A DNA stretch of 64,000 bases from Mobula hypostoma. Taxonomy: Eukaryota. Positions 14,987-27,954 of this stretch are shown piece after piece. Under the pieces are notes generated by a model, which saw nothing but the letters and a program-made list of their open reading frames with translations, searched no databases and was not told where the DNA came from. The first letter of the stretch is position 1. Every line of letters starts with the position of its first letter. The translations under genes were made by a program, and so were the position numbers. The stretch spans positions 57,724,001-57,788,000 of the forward strand of contig NC_086108.1 in NCBI RefSeq assembly GCF_963921235.1, given 5' to 3'.

Positions 14987-17149
14987 TAAGCTCTAATGTT
15001 TTTTTGTTGAAATAATTTAATCATAATTTTAAAAATGTAGGCTGCAATAAAATTGCAGTATTTAGGGTTGTTTTGTCTCTGAGAATAATACATTTACTGA
15101 TTTTTAAATAAGTATATTAACGAAAGGATAGAAATCTCACGTGGGTGAATCTGGAACTGAAATCTCTTCTAAAAATGCATGATAACTGCATGGCTTAGTG
15201 GACTGTACCAAATCTCTGTCTGTAGGAGGAATGGAAGGATAATTAATGTAGTTTAGATTTCTCCCTCAATGTTATTTCTTGTTAGTTTCTAACAAGTGTC
15301 AATAATTAACATATTTCATCATATCATTTTACCTTCTCTGATAATGAATCTTCCCTCCTGGTCATGTGAATGATGTACCTTGTTCATTTCTATTTCCATA
15401 GTGGGTAATTTCTGCAGATAGAGATATAAGAAAAAGATGTACTCAATTTATTTGTCAGAAGATGACTCTAATGCTGAATGAAATCTCTTCCTTTAGTTCA
15501 TATTGGACAAGAAATGAAGACTCTTTTAATTCATAGCCTCAAGCATAAATTATTAAATCCATGTGTAGTGTTGAAATATTTTAATTCACTGAATATGAGA
15601 CAAAAACACTGCGTTGCCATGCAGAGGCAGCAGGTGTCGAGAGACCCTTACATAATGAATCATTAAGGCAACTGCAGAAAGAACGATAAAGCACTTCATA
15701 ACAGTGACGTTTGGTGTATGGGGGTGGGGAAGTGGGCTATAAGTGTGTCGTGCCACTGATTCATTTTGCTGCAATTCTTTTGGTTTCTTTCTTCCTTTCG
15801 AAATTGGGGCATACCGATGCTGTCAGTTCTGTCAAGCACATGGCTTAGTTCAATAGAAATCTACGTGTTACACATGAGTCCATATCGGTTTTGTGGGTTT
15901 AGCACCAGGCAGATGCCCCAGAGATGGAGAGGCTACAGCTATCGGAAGACTTAGTAGAAGTGAAGTAAAACTGCCAATTGCTGAATCAGTGTTTTATTAT
16001 AACTGGATTACTAATGGACTATTATTCAACCTTTCAATGTGAGTATGCGATTTAAAGCTTTGATTAAAGGTGGCTTTCTGGTTGGAAAGTATCAGTAATT
16101 TTTGACATGCATGCTTAAAATCAATGAGTTGTTGCATTTTGAAAATGAGGGTTTGGAAAACTGGTAACTTATGATTATTTTTGTACAAAGATATCTATTG
16201 AATGGTGCATTAGGAATTCAGAAAATCTAAGAACCATTTTTCAAAGGAAGGGCAAATATCCAAGCCTTAGCATATTATAGAACCTTGAAAATATTGACTA
16301 AAAGTAAATACTATGCAGTAGAATTATCTATACTGCTTAAAGAAAATGGATTACTCAAGGGTTAGAAATGCCCTCCTAGATGGTTGTGCAGTATTTAAAA
16401 TGTATCTTTTTTATGAAGCTGACAATCTAAAGCAGCATCTACTTTACTACACTTTGTACAATATATCTGCTCCTCAGAGCTTTTAGCTTTGTATTTGGCA
16501 GAAAATACTTGGATATATTTAACTGCTAACAGACAAATGATACCTACTGTGCACCGAAAATGCAGCCATTAAAGGTTGATATAATTATTTGTTAAAGAAG
16601 TTCAGCAAGTCAAAGACATGCCATGGCTTTTCAACAACTTAGCTTTGCAAAATTCATATCTAGGTCATTGATGCTTCTACAACTTAATCGTTGACAGATT
16701 AATTATGATTAACAGTGCTCTGATTTAACATGAATAAATTTTATTTGTCAGATAAATCTATTCTGCCTCAATATCTGAGCTATTTTATTTATAATCGAGG
16801 ACTAGTTTATTTTATAAGGCTGGGACATGAAACAATCTTCCTTTTACATTGGGGGAAATGAGAGCTACTTAACTACAGTATTTAGTTATTAATTGATAAT
16901 AATGGGTCTGTTTAATTTTTATCATTTCCTCCTGCAGTCATCATATTTAAAGATCTGTTTCAGCACAATCTTAACGGGTCATCCATTAAGCAGAAGAGGC
17001 TCTTGGGAGTCTTGACTTGTGTTACATTTAGAGCAGAAAAATATATATTTATAGTCTACATTTGGTGCATATTATGTGGCTTCAGTTCTGGGAATGGCAT
17101 AATCATTTTTGACAAACTGTTTCTGATAACTATAAAATTATCATTTTCT

Positions 17150-17375
17150 TTTAATTCATCCTTGGGACATAGATATCCCTGGTAAAATTAGCAGTTATTG
17201 TTCTTTTCTGGTCTTCTAGCCAGATCAAAAGTCAGCTAAAAGCTGACTTTGGTGTGGGACTCACATCACATATCAGTCAGCTGAGTAACAATGATAATTT
17301 TCATATCTTGAACAATGTTAGTGAGGTGACTGAATTTTGATGGCAGTCTGACTGTTTGTGGTTATTTTTATTAAA
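17150..17375 (-). mobile_element. Old SINE-like fragment (related copies at about 42240-42520 and 47270-47510)
   Basis: Degenerate shared motifs of the type (GGACATT)GTTAGTGA.../CAGCATTTATT...CCC among the three loci. Confidence 0.35.
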
Positions 17376-19204
17376 GATTCTTTTCACTTCTGAATTTTAA
17401 ATGTATCTTCGGGTTGCTGAGGTGGGACTTGATTTCACATTCTCTGTTATTATTCCAGGTCTCTGAGTATGCTTTATCAACATAATACAGTGCATACCCA
17501 ATATATGGCATAATGATCACTTTTGTTAAGTGCAGTCTGTCAGCCCATTTAAACTCCTTTTTTAAAAAAAAGCATTCATTTTTGTTTGAACCCTTCCAAA
17601 TTTCCCACCTCAAAGTAGAATACAACATCAAATACCCAGTACTATCAAATGCCTCACCTTTAAGTTCATTCTTTGCTCCTGGGCCATCAAACCATAAGGA
17701 GAGTCACATCAGAGCTAAATTATTTCCATAGCAAATATAAACTTTTCAAAAGAGGTCATTGAAAGTGTTGCAAACTGAAGTTTGACTTTTTTACCTCTGT
17801 CATTTTCTAGGTCAATAATACCAAGGTCAAGAGGTGGCATTTTCTACCATCTTACTAAAATCAACAAAGAACCAAAAACTGTAAACAGTTGAGATAACTT
17901 GAGATGTATGTAGCTCTGTTCATTTTGAATGCAAATGTAACACTAAACAAATGCTATGATGATCCTTCCTTTGCTAGTAACCTCAGCATCTGTTTACAAT
18001 ACAGTCAAAGTTGACTTTATTGTTAACTATGTACCGTTGTATGCACCGTTGCAATGAAAAACTTATTTGAAGCAGCATCACAGTCACACACCGTCATATA
18101 TGCAGCATTCACAGGAAAAAAACATAAACAATTTTTACAAGAAAGAACTTGCCCAACAAAATTATTTCTGTTTTTAACATGAAGATAGTATATCTGCAAC
18201 TTAGTGAGTCACGAATTTCAGTCTTTTTGCGCTGTCTGCGAAAGTGCATCGAGTTGTACAAAGGATAAATGTTTAATCCTTCCACAGATTCGCAGTTACG
18301 TTGATTGCATTCTTTGATGTGGGACATGTAATGTAGTTGAAAATAAGGCAAGCTTATGGCAAAAAACATTAGGATATTACAATGATAATGTTAGTGATCT
18401 TTGAGTCAAACCATACGGTGCAAAAATTGAACTAGTAGAAGGATTTCTGTACAGTTTGTAAGTCCAAAATGAGAGTGAAGAATAGAACATGAAAAAGGAT
18501 GGTCCACTGTTTACTGAAATTTCATAATAGCAAAGGTAACCACACTTTAAGGAAGAGAAATAATTTGGAAGCATGCTAATTAAATTTAGGAAAGCATATT
18601 TTATACAAATTGAGGTATTTTTGGATGATCACTGGAAAGATTGTACATTTCAGATTTCCACTTTCCAAGTACTTTGTAATTGAAATACTGCTATTGTCTA
18701 TTCCAAAGTTGGGTAAGTTTTGGCCCAAGTGTGTAGGCTAGTTTTGTGAAGATTATAATTTGGATATTATTTAGAAACAAATGGATGTCACTAACTGTAA
18801 AGTGAGTGTTTAATGAAATGCAAAATTTAATTGGACCAGTAATCAACTTGAAGAGAGTATAAGAACATAGAGTAGAAGCAGAAGTAGGTATTTTGTGTCT
18901 ACTCAGCATTTCATTTAATTCTCAGCTGATCTTTTATCACTCCACCATATCCCCAAATGTAAACTGGTAATTCCCCTAACATTTAAAGGCATTTAATTGT
19001 CCGTCTTGAAAATACTCTGTAGCTGCATCTTAAATGACATAATGAGTAGTGAATTATGAACCTCATCAATGTCTAGGTGAAGACTTTTCTTCTCAACTCA
19101 TTCCTGAATGGCTCACCAATTTGAGACTGTGACCCGTTGCTCAGAGATTTATAAACTCTGCATCTATCCTTTCAAGATGCATCAGAATCTTGTATGTGCC
19201 AATG

Positions 19205-19843
19205 AATGAATCTCACCTGGTCCCTGAACTCCTCCATCCTGATCAAAAAGGCACAACAGTGCCTTTATTTCATGTGGAGCATCAAGGAAGCTCACCTTTG
19301 TCGCAGGATACCGACGGACTTTTACCACTGTACCATTGAGAGCATACTCACCAACTACATCTCAGTGTGGTATGGCAGTTGTCCCGTATTGGACCGCAAA
19401 GCACTCTAGCGTGTGGTGAAAACTGCCCAGCAGATTATTGGCACCAAATTGCCCACCATTGAGAACATCTATTGTAAACGCTGCCTGGGCAGGGCAAAAA
19501 GCATTATCAAGGATGCATCTCACCCTAACCATGGACTTTTTACTCTCCTTCCATCCGGTAGGCGCTACAGGAGCCTCCGCTCCCACACCAGCAGGCACAG
19601 GAAGAGCTTCTTTCCTGAGGCTATGACATTGCTGATCCTCATATCACAGCGCTAAGCAGTACTGCATCCATATTGTCCTGTCTCAGTACTTTTATATTTG
19701 TATGCTGTAGCACTTACTTTTTATTCGCAGTTATTTTGTAAATAATACTATTCTTTGCATTTCTGATTAGATGCTAACTGCATTTCATTGGCTTTGTATC
19801 TGTACTCGGCACAATGACAATAAAGTTGAATCTAATCTAATCT
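19205..19843 (+). mobile_element. Rex1/Babar 3' end
   Basis: KKAQQCLYF...FYHCTIESILT...WYGSC; IIKDASHPNHGLFTLLPSGRRYRS; (TCTAA)n tail. Confidence 0.88.
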
Positions 19844-19996
19844 CTCATATTTCAAATTCAAGAGAGCTCAGACCTTTTTAGCTTAGTCACTTATGGCAGA
19901 AACTACCAGTGTGAGAATCAATCTGATTAATCCATTCATCAGATCAAAGGGAATTCACCCAAACTAAATGTTGCATTCCATTTATTTTTCCTTTAA

Positions 19997-21940
19997 GGTG
20001 CACCATCTCCCCCATCCTATTTATTACGAGAATGAACCTCCTATTATCAGCAGCAGAAAATGTGACCCGTGGCCCAACACTGGAGTCGGGCATTGTTCAG
20101 CCGGCTCTACGAGGGTTCATGGACGACATCACTATAACGACTGTGTCACATGTCCAAGCAAGATGGGTATTGAAAACCCTGGGCAATGTAGCCACTTGGG
20201 CGAGGATGTCTCAAGGCCAAGAAGTCCAGGTGCATGGTGATCAGAAAGGACAAAGTTACTAGCACGCTTAGCCTCCAAGTTCAGGGTGAGGTCATCCCTT
20301 CCATCGAAGATAACCCGATAAAATGCTTGGGGAAGTGGTTTAATGTATCACTGACAGATGGGGCCAAGGTCACCAATGCTGTGAAGCAGACAGACGATCG
20401 ACAAATCCGCACTTCTGGGTAAATTCAAGACCTGGCTGTATACGGCATTCTGCCCAGGCTTCTCTGGCTCTTCACACTTTATGAGTTCCCCATGACTGCT
20501 GTAGAGGGCATCGAGAGGAAAACCAACAAGCACCTGCAGAGATGGTTGGGAGTTCCCCCAAGCTTCTCTTCAGTGGACCTCTACATTCATTCCTGGCAAC
20601 TGCAGCTTCCCCTGTCATCTGTTTTGGAGGAATTCAAGGTGGCAAAATGCAGAGCCTTGTTAAGCTTGAGAGATTCCAATGATGTCTTGGTAAAGCAAGC
20701 AGGCGTTACAACCAGATCTGGGCACAAGTGGGCAGCCAATGCAGCTGTGGAGGAGGCAGTGTGTTCTCTGAAGCTGCGAGATATCATCGGCAATCCCTGC
20801 GTCAGGTGGCAAGGCCTCGGCTCAGTTCACTTCCAGAAGTGGGGAAACGCAAGCATAAGGAACAGGCGAGACATGATACAGGCAGAAGTACGGATCCGTG
20901 AGGAAGAGAAGTGGATTTCAAAAGCAGTGGAACAAGGGTCCCAGGGTGCCTGGACAAAATGGGATCTGCCTAAGCGCATGATCTCATGGGCAGAATTATG
21001 GAGACTGGAGCCCTCCCGTATTTCCTTCCTCTTGCGATCCGTGTATGACACCCTTCCTTCACCACTACATCTGTACACATGGGGAATGAGAGAGGACCTG
21101 TACTGTAAGCTCTGTGGTCAAAAGGGGACACTGGCTCATATACTGTCCGGGTGTAAAACAGCTCTAACTCAAGGACAGTATAGGTGGTGCCATGATAAGG
21201 TGCTTCTGGCTCTTGCTGACACACTAGAGCGGGAGAGATGCAAGAAGAGTCTGGCTGGCACAGATTTGAGGAAGGCCATCACCTTCATCAAAGGAGGAGC
21301 TAGGCCTTTCGTAACCAAACAAGCAAAGTTCAATCTGCTGCTAATGGCCACACCCTGGGAGATGAGGGTTGATGTGGGAAGGAGGTTGCAGTTCCCGGAT
21401 GTGGTGCACACAACCCTACGCCCGGACATTGTACTGTGGTCAGCCGAAGACAAGAAAATAATTCTGGTTGAGCTGACTGTGCCATAGGAGGAGGGATGGG
21501 AAGAGTCGCACAAGAGAAAGGCCTTGAAGTACCAGCCCTTAGTGCAGGAGTGTAAAGACAAGGGATGGCAGGCATGGTTGTTCCCTGTAGAGATCGACTG
21601 CAGAGGTCTCCCAGCCAAATCAGCATGGTGGTTGTTGTCAGATCTGGGCCTGGACGAAAGGAGCGACAAACAGGCAGCTTGTAGGATGGGGGAAGAGGCA
21701 GAACAAGCCTCTTGTTGGATTTGGAGTAGGTGAGAGGAGGGAAGCTGGAAGCCAGGAGCAGATGGGCAGAGATTTGGCCGCCACTGCCGGCCCACCAACT
21801 GAAGAGTGTCGTGGTTAAGGGTCGAAATACTCGGTGAAGGTTGGGAACCACTTGATGACATCTGCTCCTGGCTGAAGGCTACAGTTACCTTATAAGGTAA
21901 CTGGAGAATGCACCCTAACAGGTGTTTGTAACAAGCACAC
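19997..21940 (+). mobile_element. 5'-truncated non-LTR retrotransposon with restriction-like endonuclease (Hero/NeSL/R2 group, Hero-like)
   Basis: GCTISP and RGFMDD (RT); CKLCGQKGTLAHILSGC zinc knuckle; HDKVL; LRPDIVLWSAEDKKIILVELTVP (PD-(D/E)xK); ORF 20492-21487 is 331 aa; premature stop at 21485-21487. Confidence 0.88.
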
Positions 21941-22713
21941 AATGGTCCAGATTTGACCTCACCAGGGCTCTGAATAGTTAGAGCAAGTTGGCTCTACTCT
22001 CTGTTGTGTAGTCAAGGAATCCTGGAACACAAAAACAGGCCCTTCCACCCAAATGGTCCAGGCCAATCAAGATTACTACCAGAGCTTGTCCTATTTCCCT
22101 CTATTGGGCCTATAACCATCTGTCTAGCCTATCTCATCTACTTCATCTGACAGTTTACTCCATAGCTCTTCATACTCTTTCCATATTCTTGTACTAAGCA
22201 ATCGATTACTTTATGGATTGCTATCTAATAATAGGAAATTTATCATTTTTCTTGAAAGCACCAGAATACCTGTTGTTGTTTTTTCAATTCCATATGATGG
22301 GCCGGATCAATCTGGCCCTGAACTGCAGCTGGACTTGCCACCACAATACCTGTATTTGAGAGTTGTAGGTGAAATTCATGTAACCATGAGTACTGAGATG
22401 GCTTAATGCATCTTAAACTGTGGCTCTGCCTCCTGTACACCACGATAGCCCTTGACAGCTAGCTTGCTGGTTGGCTTTGTAGGTTTTGATCAATTTTTAA
22501 TTCATCTAACAATCAATGACATTAAAAACTATTCCTTATGTTTTATATCACATTAAAATGATAAAACTAAATACAAATCAACAAAGTAGATTAAAACTGT
22601 AACAAATAATTTAAAATTATTAAAATTAAGGTAGTTACTTACCTGCACATACATTATTCTACAAGGTTTGACAGCTCTATTCAAATAAATACGGTCACAT
22701 TTTATTCATAAAC

Positions 22714-22955
22714 ATGGGATCTTGCAGATGCTGGAAATCCTGAGCAGCACACACAAAATGATGGAGAAACACAGCAGGTCAGGCAGCATCTATGGAGAGG
22801 AATAACCCAGAAGAGGAATAAGGGGGACGAAGCCTGCATAAGAAGGCTTCTTTCCCTTGCTTTCCAGTGCTGATGAAGGGTCCTGGACTGAAATGTTAAT
22901 TATATTCCTTTCCGCAGATGCCTGCTGAGTTCCTCCAGCATTTTGTGTGTGGCAC
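22714..22955. mobile_element. Two Penelope pseudo-LTR termini in inverted orientation
   Basis: TGCAGATGCTGGAAAT...CACACACAAAATG...GGCAGCATC (minus-oriented end), then CTGATGAAGGGTC...CTGCTGAGTTCCTCCAGCATTTTGTGTGT (plus-oriented end). Confidence 0.7.
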
Positions 22956-23774
22956 TCTTTTACTTTAACAGCTTTGCCAGAGTTAGAGCTGAAGGTCAGA
23001 TTCAAAGTGCCTCCATGGCTCTTTCTTCAGAAAGTCACTAGTATTACTTATTTGAACAATTAGTACCATATAACAGCAAAGAACATATTTTTCATTGAAT
23101 TGTAGACTTCATTTTGATGTGGCTTTCGAGTAGACATATATTTGGAACAGTTGTTCATTTTAACCACACTCTCCCCACTAGTGTATTGGTTACATTCTTA
23201 TCCTAGTACGTTGTGTGATTCTAACTGCAAGTTAGGGAAGGTGTAGTCTTTTAAATGTCTGCATACTGAGATACCTCAGGAGCACTATTCAATAAGCTAA
23301 GTAACCGCTGCCAGATAAAAGCATCATCTACTGTAATCACCCATCAATATAACCTGACAGCTTCAGATGCTGACATGAAGAACGTCAGTTGATAGGGTGA
23401 CATCTGAAGGCAAATTCTAGCCATATGCTGGGTTTTAGCAGGATGAAGTGAACTCTATTAGGTCATTTACATTGAATTAATTTTAAAATGTGCTATACAG
23501 ACCAACTAGTCCATCCTGGCACTCATGTTCAACTCTGCCAATGTTGTTTCCTCCACCATAATATCAAACCTCCACATAAGTATAGTTGTACCATACACCT
23601 CAACGTGATGGCAGAGTTCACATTCATTCTCTTCCATCATTGCTCAAAGGAGTCTGTTCTGAATTCCTTTTGAGACTTCTCGATGGTCATTTTAAAATTA
23701 TTGTCTTTGATTATACTTTTCACCTCTTGAAAGCATTCCATATCCACTGGATCAAAATATTCACAATTTTAAAA

Positions 23775-24130
23775 GCAATACTCAACATTCTTTTCTCAGG
23801 GATGCTGTCAATGATGGATGCTGATTTTTTGAGGCATCGCCTTTTGACGATATCCTTGATGATGGAGAGGAGTGCCCATGATGGCACTGGCTGAGATTAC
23901 GAGCCTCTGCAACATTTTCAGATCCTGCGCAGTGGCAGCTAACGTAATCAAAGACCCCACCCACCCTGGATATTCTCCCTTCTCCCTTTCTCATCAGATG
24001 GAAGATACAAAAACCCAAAAGCACAAGCCGCCAGGTTCAAGGACAACTTCTTACCCTGCTGTTACAAAACTGTTGAATGATTCCCTTGTAGGATAAGATG
24101 GACACTTCACCTCACAAATATACCTTGCTG
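23775..24130. mobile_element. Rex1/Babar 3' fragments in opposite orientations
   Basis: Minus piece 23790-23935 joined to a plus piece encoding VIKDPTHPGYSPFSL. Confidence 0.5.
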
Positions 24131-25150
24131 AAGTTGTATAAGTCTTTGGTGAGGTCTAATTTAGAGCATTGGGTGCAGTTTTCATCACCTACCTACAGGA
24201 AAGATGTAAATAAGGTTGAAAGAGTACAGAGAAAAATTACAAGGATATTGCTGGGACCTGAATTATAAGGAAAGATCGAATAGTTTGGACTTAATCCCTC
24301 GGAACGTAGAAGATTGAGAGGAGACTTCATAGAGGTATACAAACTTATGAGGGGTATAGACAGAATAAATGCAAGCAGGCTCCTTTTGCTGAGGTTGGGT
24401 GAGACTACAACCAGAGGTCATGGGTTAAGGGTTAAAGGTGAGAAGTTTAAGGGGAACATGACGGGAAGTTTCTTCACTCAGGGTCCTGAGAAGAATGTGG
24501 AATGAGCTGCCAGCATAAGTCGTGCATGCAATTCAATTTCAATGTTAATTCAATTCAAGTTTAATTGTCATTTAACCATGCATGAATACTCATGAATACA
24601 GTGAAACGAAACAATGTTACTCTGGGGTCAAGGTGCAAAGACACGTTACCGATAGTGACACACAGTAAGCACACAAGATCACAATCACGTAATGAGTCCC
24701 GACGCCCACCAGCCGCTCTCCCGTGACACTGTGGCTCGACGGCCAGTCCTTGCACATACAAATCAATAAACCCATACAGAATGTCAGTAAAAGCACGATG
24801 CAGAACATGCATATATATATAGTGCAGACCACCCAGCCCACTGATATCGGCTGTCGACTAGCCCCCATGCCTGCTAGGCGACACCACGGCTTTCAGGCTC
24901 AGTCCCCACCCTGACACCCGACTCCTGATAGGCGTATCTGCAGCTTTCAGGCTCGGTACTTCCATATTCAAGCATATATAGAATATTAGTACTTTTAAGA
25001 AAGAGTTTGGATAGGCACATGGATAGTAGGGGTATGGAGGGCTGGTCCCAATGCGGGTCAGTGGAAGTAGGCAGTTTAAATGGTTTGGCACAGACTAGAT
25101 GGGCTGAAGGAGCTGTTTCTGTGCTATACTTTTCCGTGACTCTCTGACTT
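24130..25150 (+). mobile_element. CR1 3' end interrupted by an insert at about 24548-24985
   Basis: RGDFIEVYKLMRGIDR...TRGHGLRVKG; resumes at TTTAAGAAAGAGTTTGGATAGG; GACTCTCTGACT tail. Confidence 0.8.
24548..24960 (-). mobile_element. SINE-like insert with Rex1/Babar-type 3' tail
   Basis: (TTCAA)n tail with GTTTAATTGTCATT...CAGTGAAACGAAACAATGTT, and a CpG-rich non-coding body. Confidence 0.5.
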
Positions 25151-26799
25151 TGTTCGGCATCATGTAATTTTAAAACATTTGTTGTACCTTAAACCTTCTC
25201 TGAACGCTATCCCCTCCCTCTATATCCTTTTCCTAATATGGTGACCAGAACAGTGTGCAGCTTAATTGTCTATCTGTGAAGCTTGGCATTAATGTAGTAG
25301 GACTTCTCTAACTTTCAATCCTGTCCCTCATCAAATAAATCCTAGAGCTCAATTTGCTTTCTTTATGATCCTGCGAACTGTCGAACATTAGATGTACAGG
25401 CAGGTAATGAATAATTTCTGCTTTTAAGTCTACTTTGTCCTTGAGTTAGAAAATACACAAAAATCACTCAATAAGGTTACCTTTACAGTATCGTACTAAA
25501 TGGCATAAAATCACATAGAAGGCACATAAGAAAAAGCAAAGTGAAGGAGAGAGGAAACTAGTTCTGCTGTATGGAAGAACTCTTATGCATATGCAAATGA
25601 CTTAATTTAATATTATAGATGCTCATTTGTAAGTAGGAATGTCCATAAGTCAGGCTTTTATAACCTGGGACAGCCTGTATTTGCAGACCCAGATCATTTC
25701 ATTTCTCTACCCCCCCTTAACCTCCAGCTTCCCAAGGAATGAGACATCGCTTTTTCTCCAGCCATAATGTTCCAGTACACATTTATCCATATGCTGAACT
25801 TCATTAACGATTTGCCTATTCTGCAAACTAAGTATCTCCCTTTATTTGGATGCTGTCCTCTGTATTAGTTTCCTTCTCTCCACAACTTGATATTGTTCCC
25901 AAATTTTGAAATTGCATTCTTGTCCCATTAATGTATATTATGAACAATAGTAATCCAGGCACTGACCACCACTACCCAGCCTCTCTCCCTTCCGGTCCTG
26001 AAGACAGCCAACAATCCTTAGTTTGCTACTTTTCCCTAGAATTCCACATTTTCTAACATCCTACAATATATTTTGAAGGAAATCTACGAAAAGCCTTTTG
26101 AAACTCTGGCTAAATTATAGCTGCTGTGTTATCACTGTTGGTTCTCCCTTTAATCTTTTCAGAAAATTCTAAGTGATTGGTCAAACAATGTTTTCTCCTC
26201 TTTCTCACTATTTTTCCATAATGTTAAGCTGATTGGCCTGTAACCTCCAGGACATGTTATGTTTGCCTTCTCAAAGATAGGGCTAGTGCCACTAATCATC
26301 TGGCATTATGCCTTCATCTAATGAATTAGTAATTGTGTAGCAATGCATCTGCTACCTTTTCATGGAATCAGAGAAAAAATTATACTGTAATGCAAATTTT
26401 AATTATTTTTAATTTGATTCCCTTACATTTAATGGTTAACTATTTTAGTACCCTTCTGTTCTATAACTAATATGTCCCCTAATGCCCTCCTTTACTCGTT
26501 TCTTTACTAATTTTTCCTGTTGTGTCTATGCTTAGACTGCTTGCATTCCTCATAGAGCCTTTACCACCCACCCCCCCACCACCCCCATTTACGTTCTCTG
26601 TTAGGACACGGCCCCCATTTCCATTCATTTGGAGACAATCTCAGAACTACTGCCATCATCATCACATGAGAAGGAACCTTCTTTACTTCATTGATTTTTT
26701 TTTATTCACAAGTTTTTTTTTTATCTGTCTGCTTCAATTCCAGTTTGCATATGTTTCAGGCGGTAACCTAGATATTACCTTTATGAAGTTTGATTTTTA

Positions 26800-26910
26800 A
26801 TTTAGAGCCTAGCTCCTGAAATTTTTTTTGTAAGGCTGCTTCCTAATTTTGGCTATATTGTTTGTTCCAATATGGACCATGGCAACTGGAATAGGTTCCT
26901 CCTTTCCAAG
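26800..26910 (-). mobile_element. CR1 ORF1 (esterase-like) fragment
   Basis: GKEEPIPVAMVHIGTNNI in ORF 26809-26997. Confidence 0.55.
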
Positions 26911-27010
26911 GCAACACACACACAAAATGCTGGAGGAACCCAGGCCAGGCAGCATCCATGGAAAAGAGTAAATAGTTGACATTTCAAGCCGAGACACTTA
27001 CATCAGTCCT
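26911..27010 (-). mobile_element. Penelope pseudo-LTR fragment with degenerate hammerhead motif
   Basis: Reverse strand reads GACTGATGTAAGTGTCTCGGCTTGAAATGTCAACT...CTCCAGCATTTTGTGTGT. Confidence 0.65.
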
Positions 27011-27954
27011 GCAGATTTTCTTGTGTTTGTGTCCTCCTTTCCGATATTCCTCTACAGCCTTTGTAAGATATCCTTTACCAGGTAGGCTGTGGAGGATGTT
27101 ACCTTTCCCCCTAATTATAGAGTTATATTTATCACTATCGTGTTTCTGTTCTGCTCTTCCCTCAACTATAGACAGCCTTCAGATCCCTGTTGGACTGCTT
27201 TATTGGTTCCCCACTCTCCAGTTACCCTAGTCTTCACAAGTAGGGAGTACCGATATTTGTGAGACAGGACCTCATGCCCCACTTCCTGTGAAGCCCTATT
27301 ACACAGTTGCTTTTTTTTAAACCATTATATGCTTCCTGTTTTTGAACCCTGTTTTCTCCTTTGGGGTGTTACAGTGCAAAAATGTTCCAGAGTTATTTCC
27401 CAGCTCGTGTGTGGGAGTATCTCTGCTTTGATCCGCAGATGTAGCCTAACCTGCTGTGATCCTCCAGCATTTTGTATGTGTTTCTCTGATAGCATGCCAG
27501 CCCAATGGGTTGGAGACATCTCTTCAAACATGTTTGCTCAGGATGATCATCCATATATTGTGTGTACTGCAGTCCTGACAAAAAACCTGTCTTGCAATCA
27601 CTTAGACCAGTTTTATTAATTTAATCTGTTGACGTCTTTAGTCAATTATTAGTTAAAACAGCTTATGTGTAGTTTTGCTATAAATTTATTTTAAAGCCAC
27701 CACCCTAGTTTTAAAAAGAAACGTGATACTTTCCAGCCAGTCACAGACAGCTACCCAGTGTCATCACTCCAGGAGTTGCTTTCTTGATGATCTTAAAACC
27801 AGAACTTTCTCTTTAGTTTTCAGAGCCACCCTGTACCAAGCTGCTTCTAAACTCTCATGTTTTAATCTGTTATTTCTCGCCCTCCCCCTCCCCCTCCCCC
27901 TCCCCCCCCCAACTATATTAGAACTTAGAGAGCCTTTCTTTCCTGTATTACCTG

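Noticed and set aside
17811..17905. Plus-strand exon (ttttctag|GTC...GAT|gtatgt)
   Set aside because: All three frames contain stops and there are no partner exons; a non-coding exon cannot be excluded
21169..21942. 257-aa minus-strand ORF
   Set aside because: Antisense shadow of the Hero-like coding sequence
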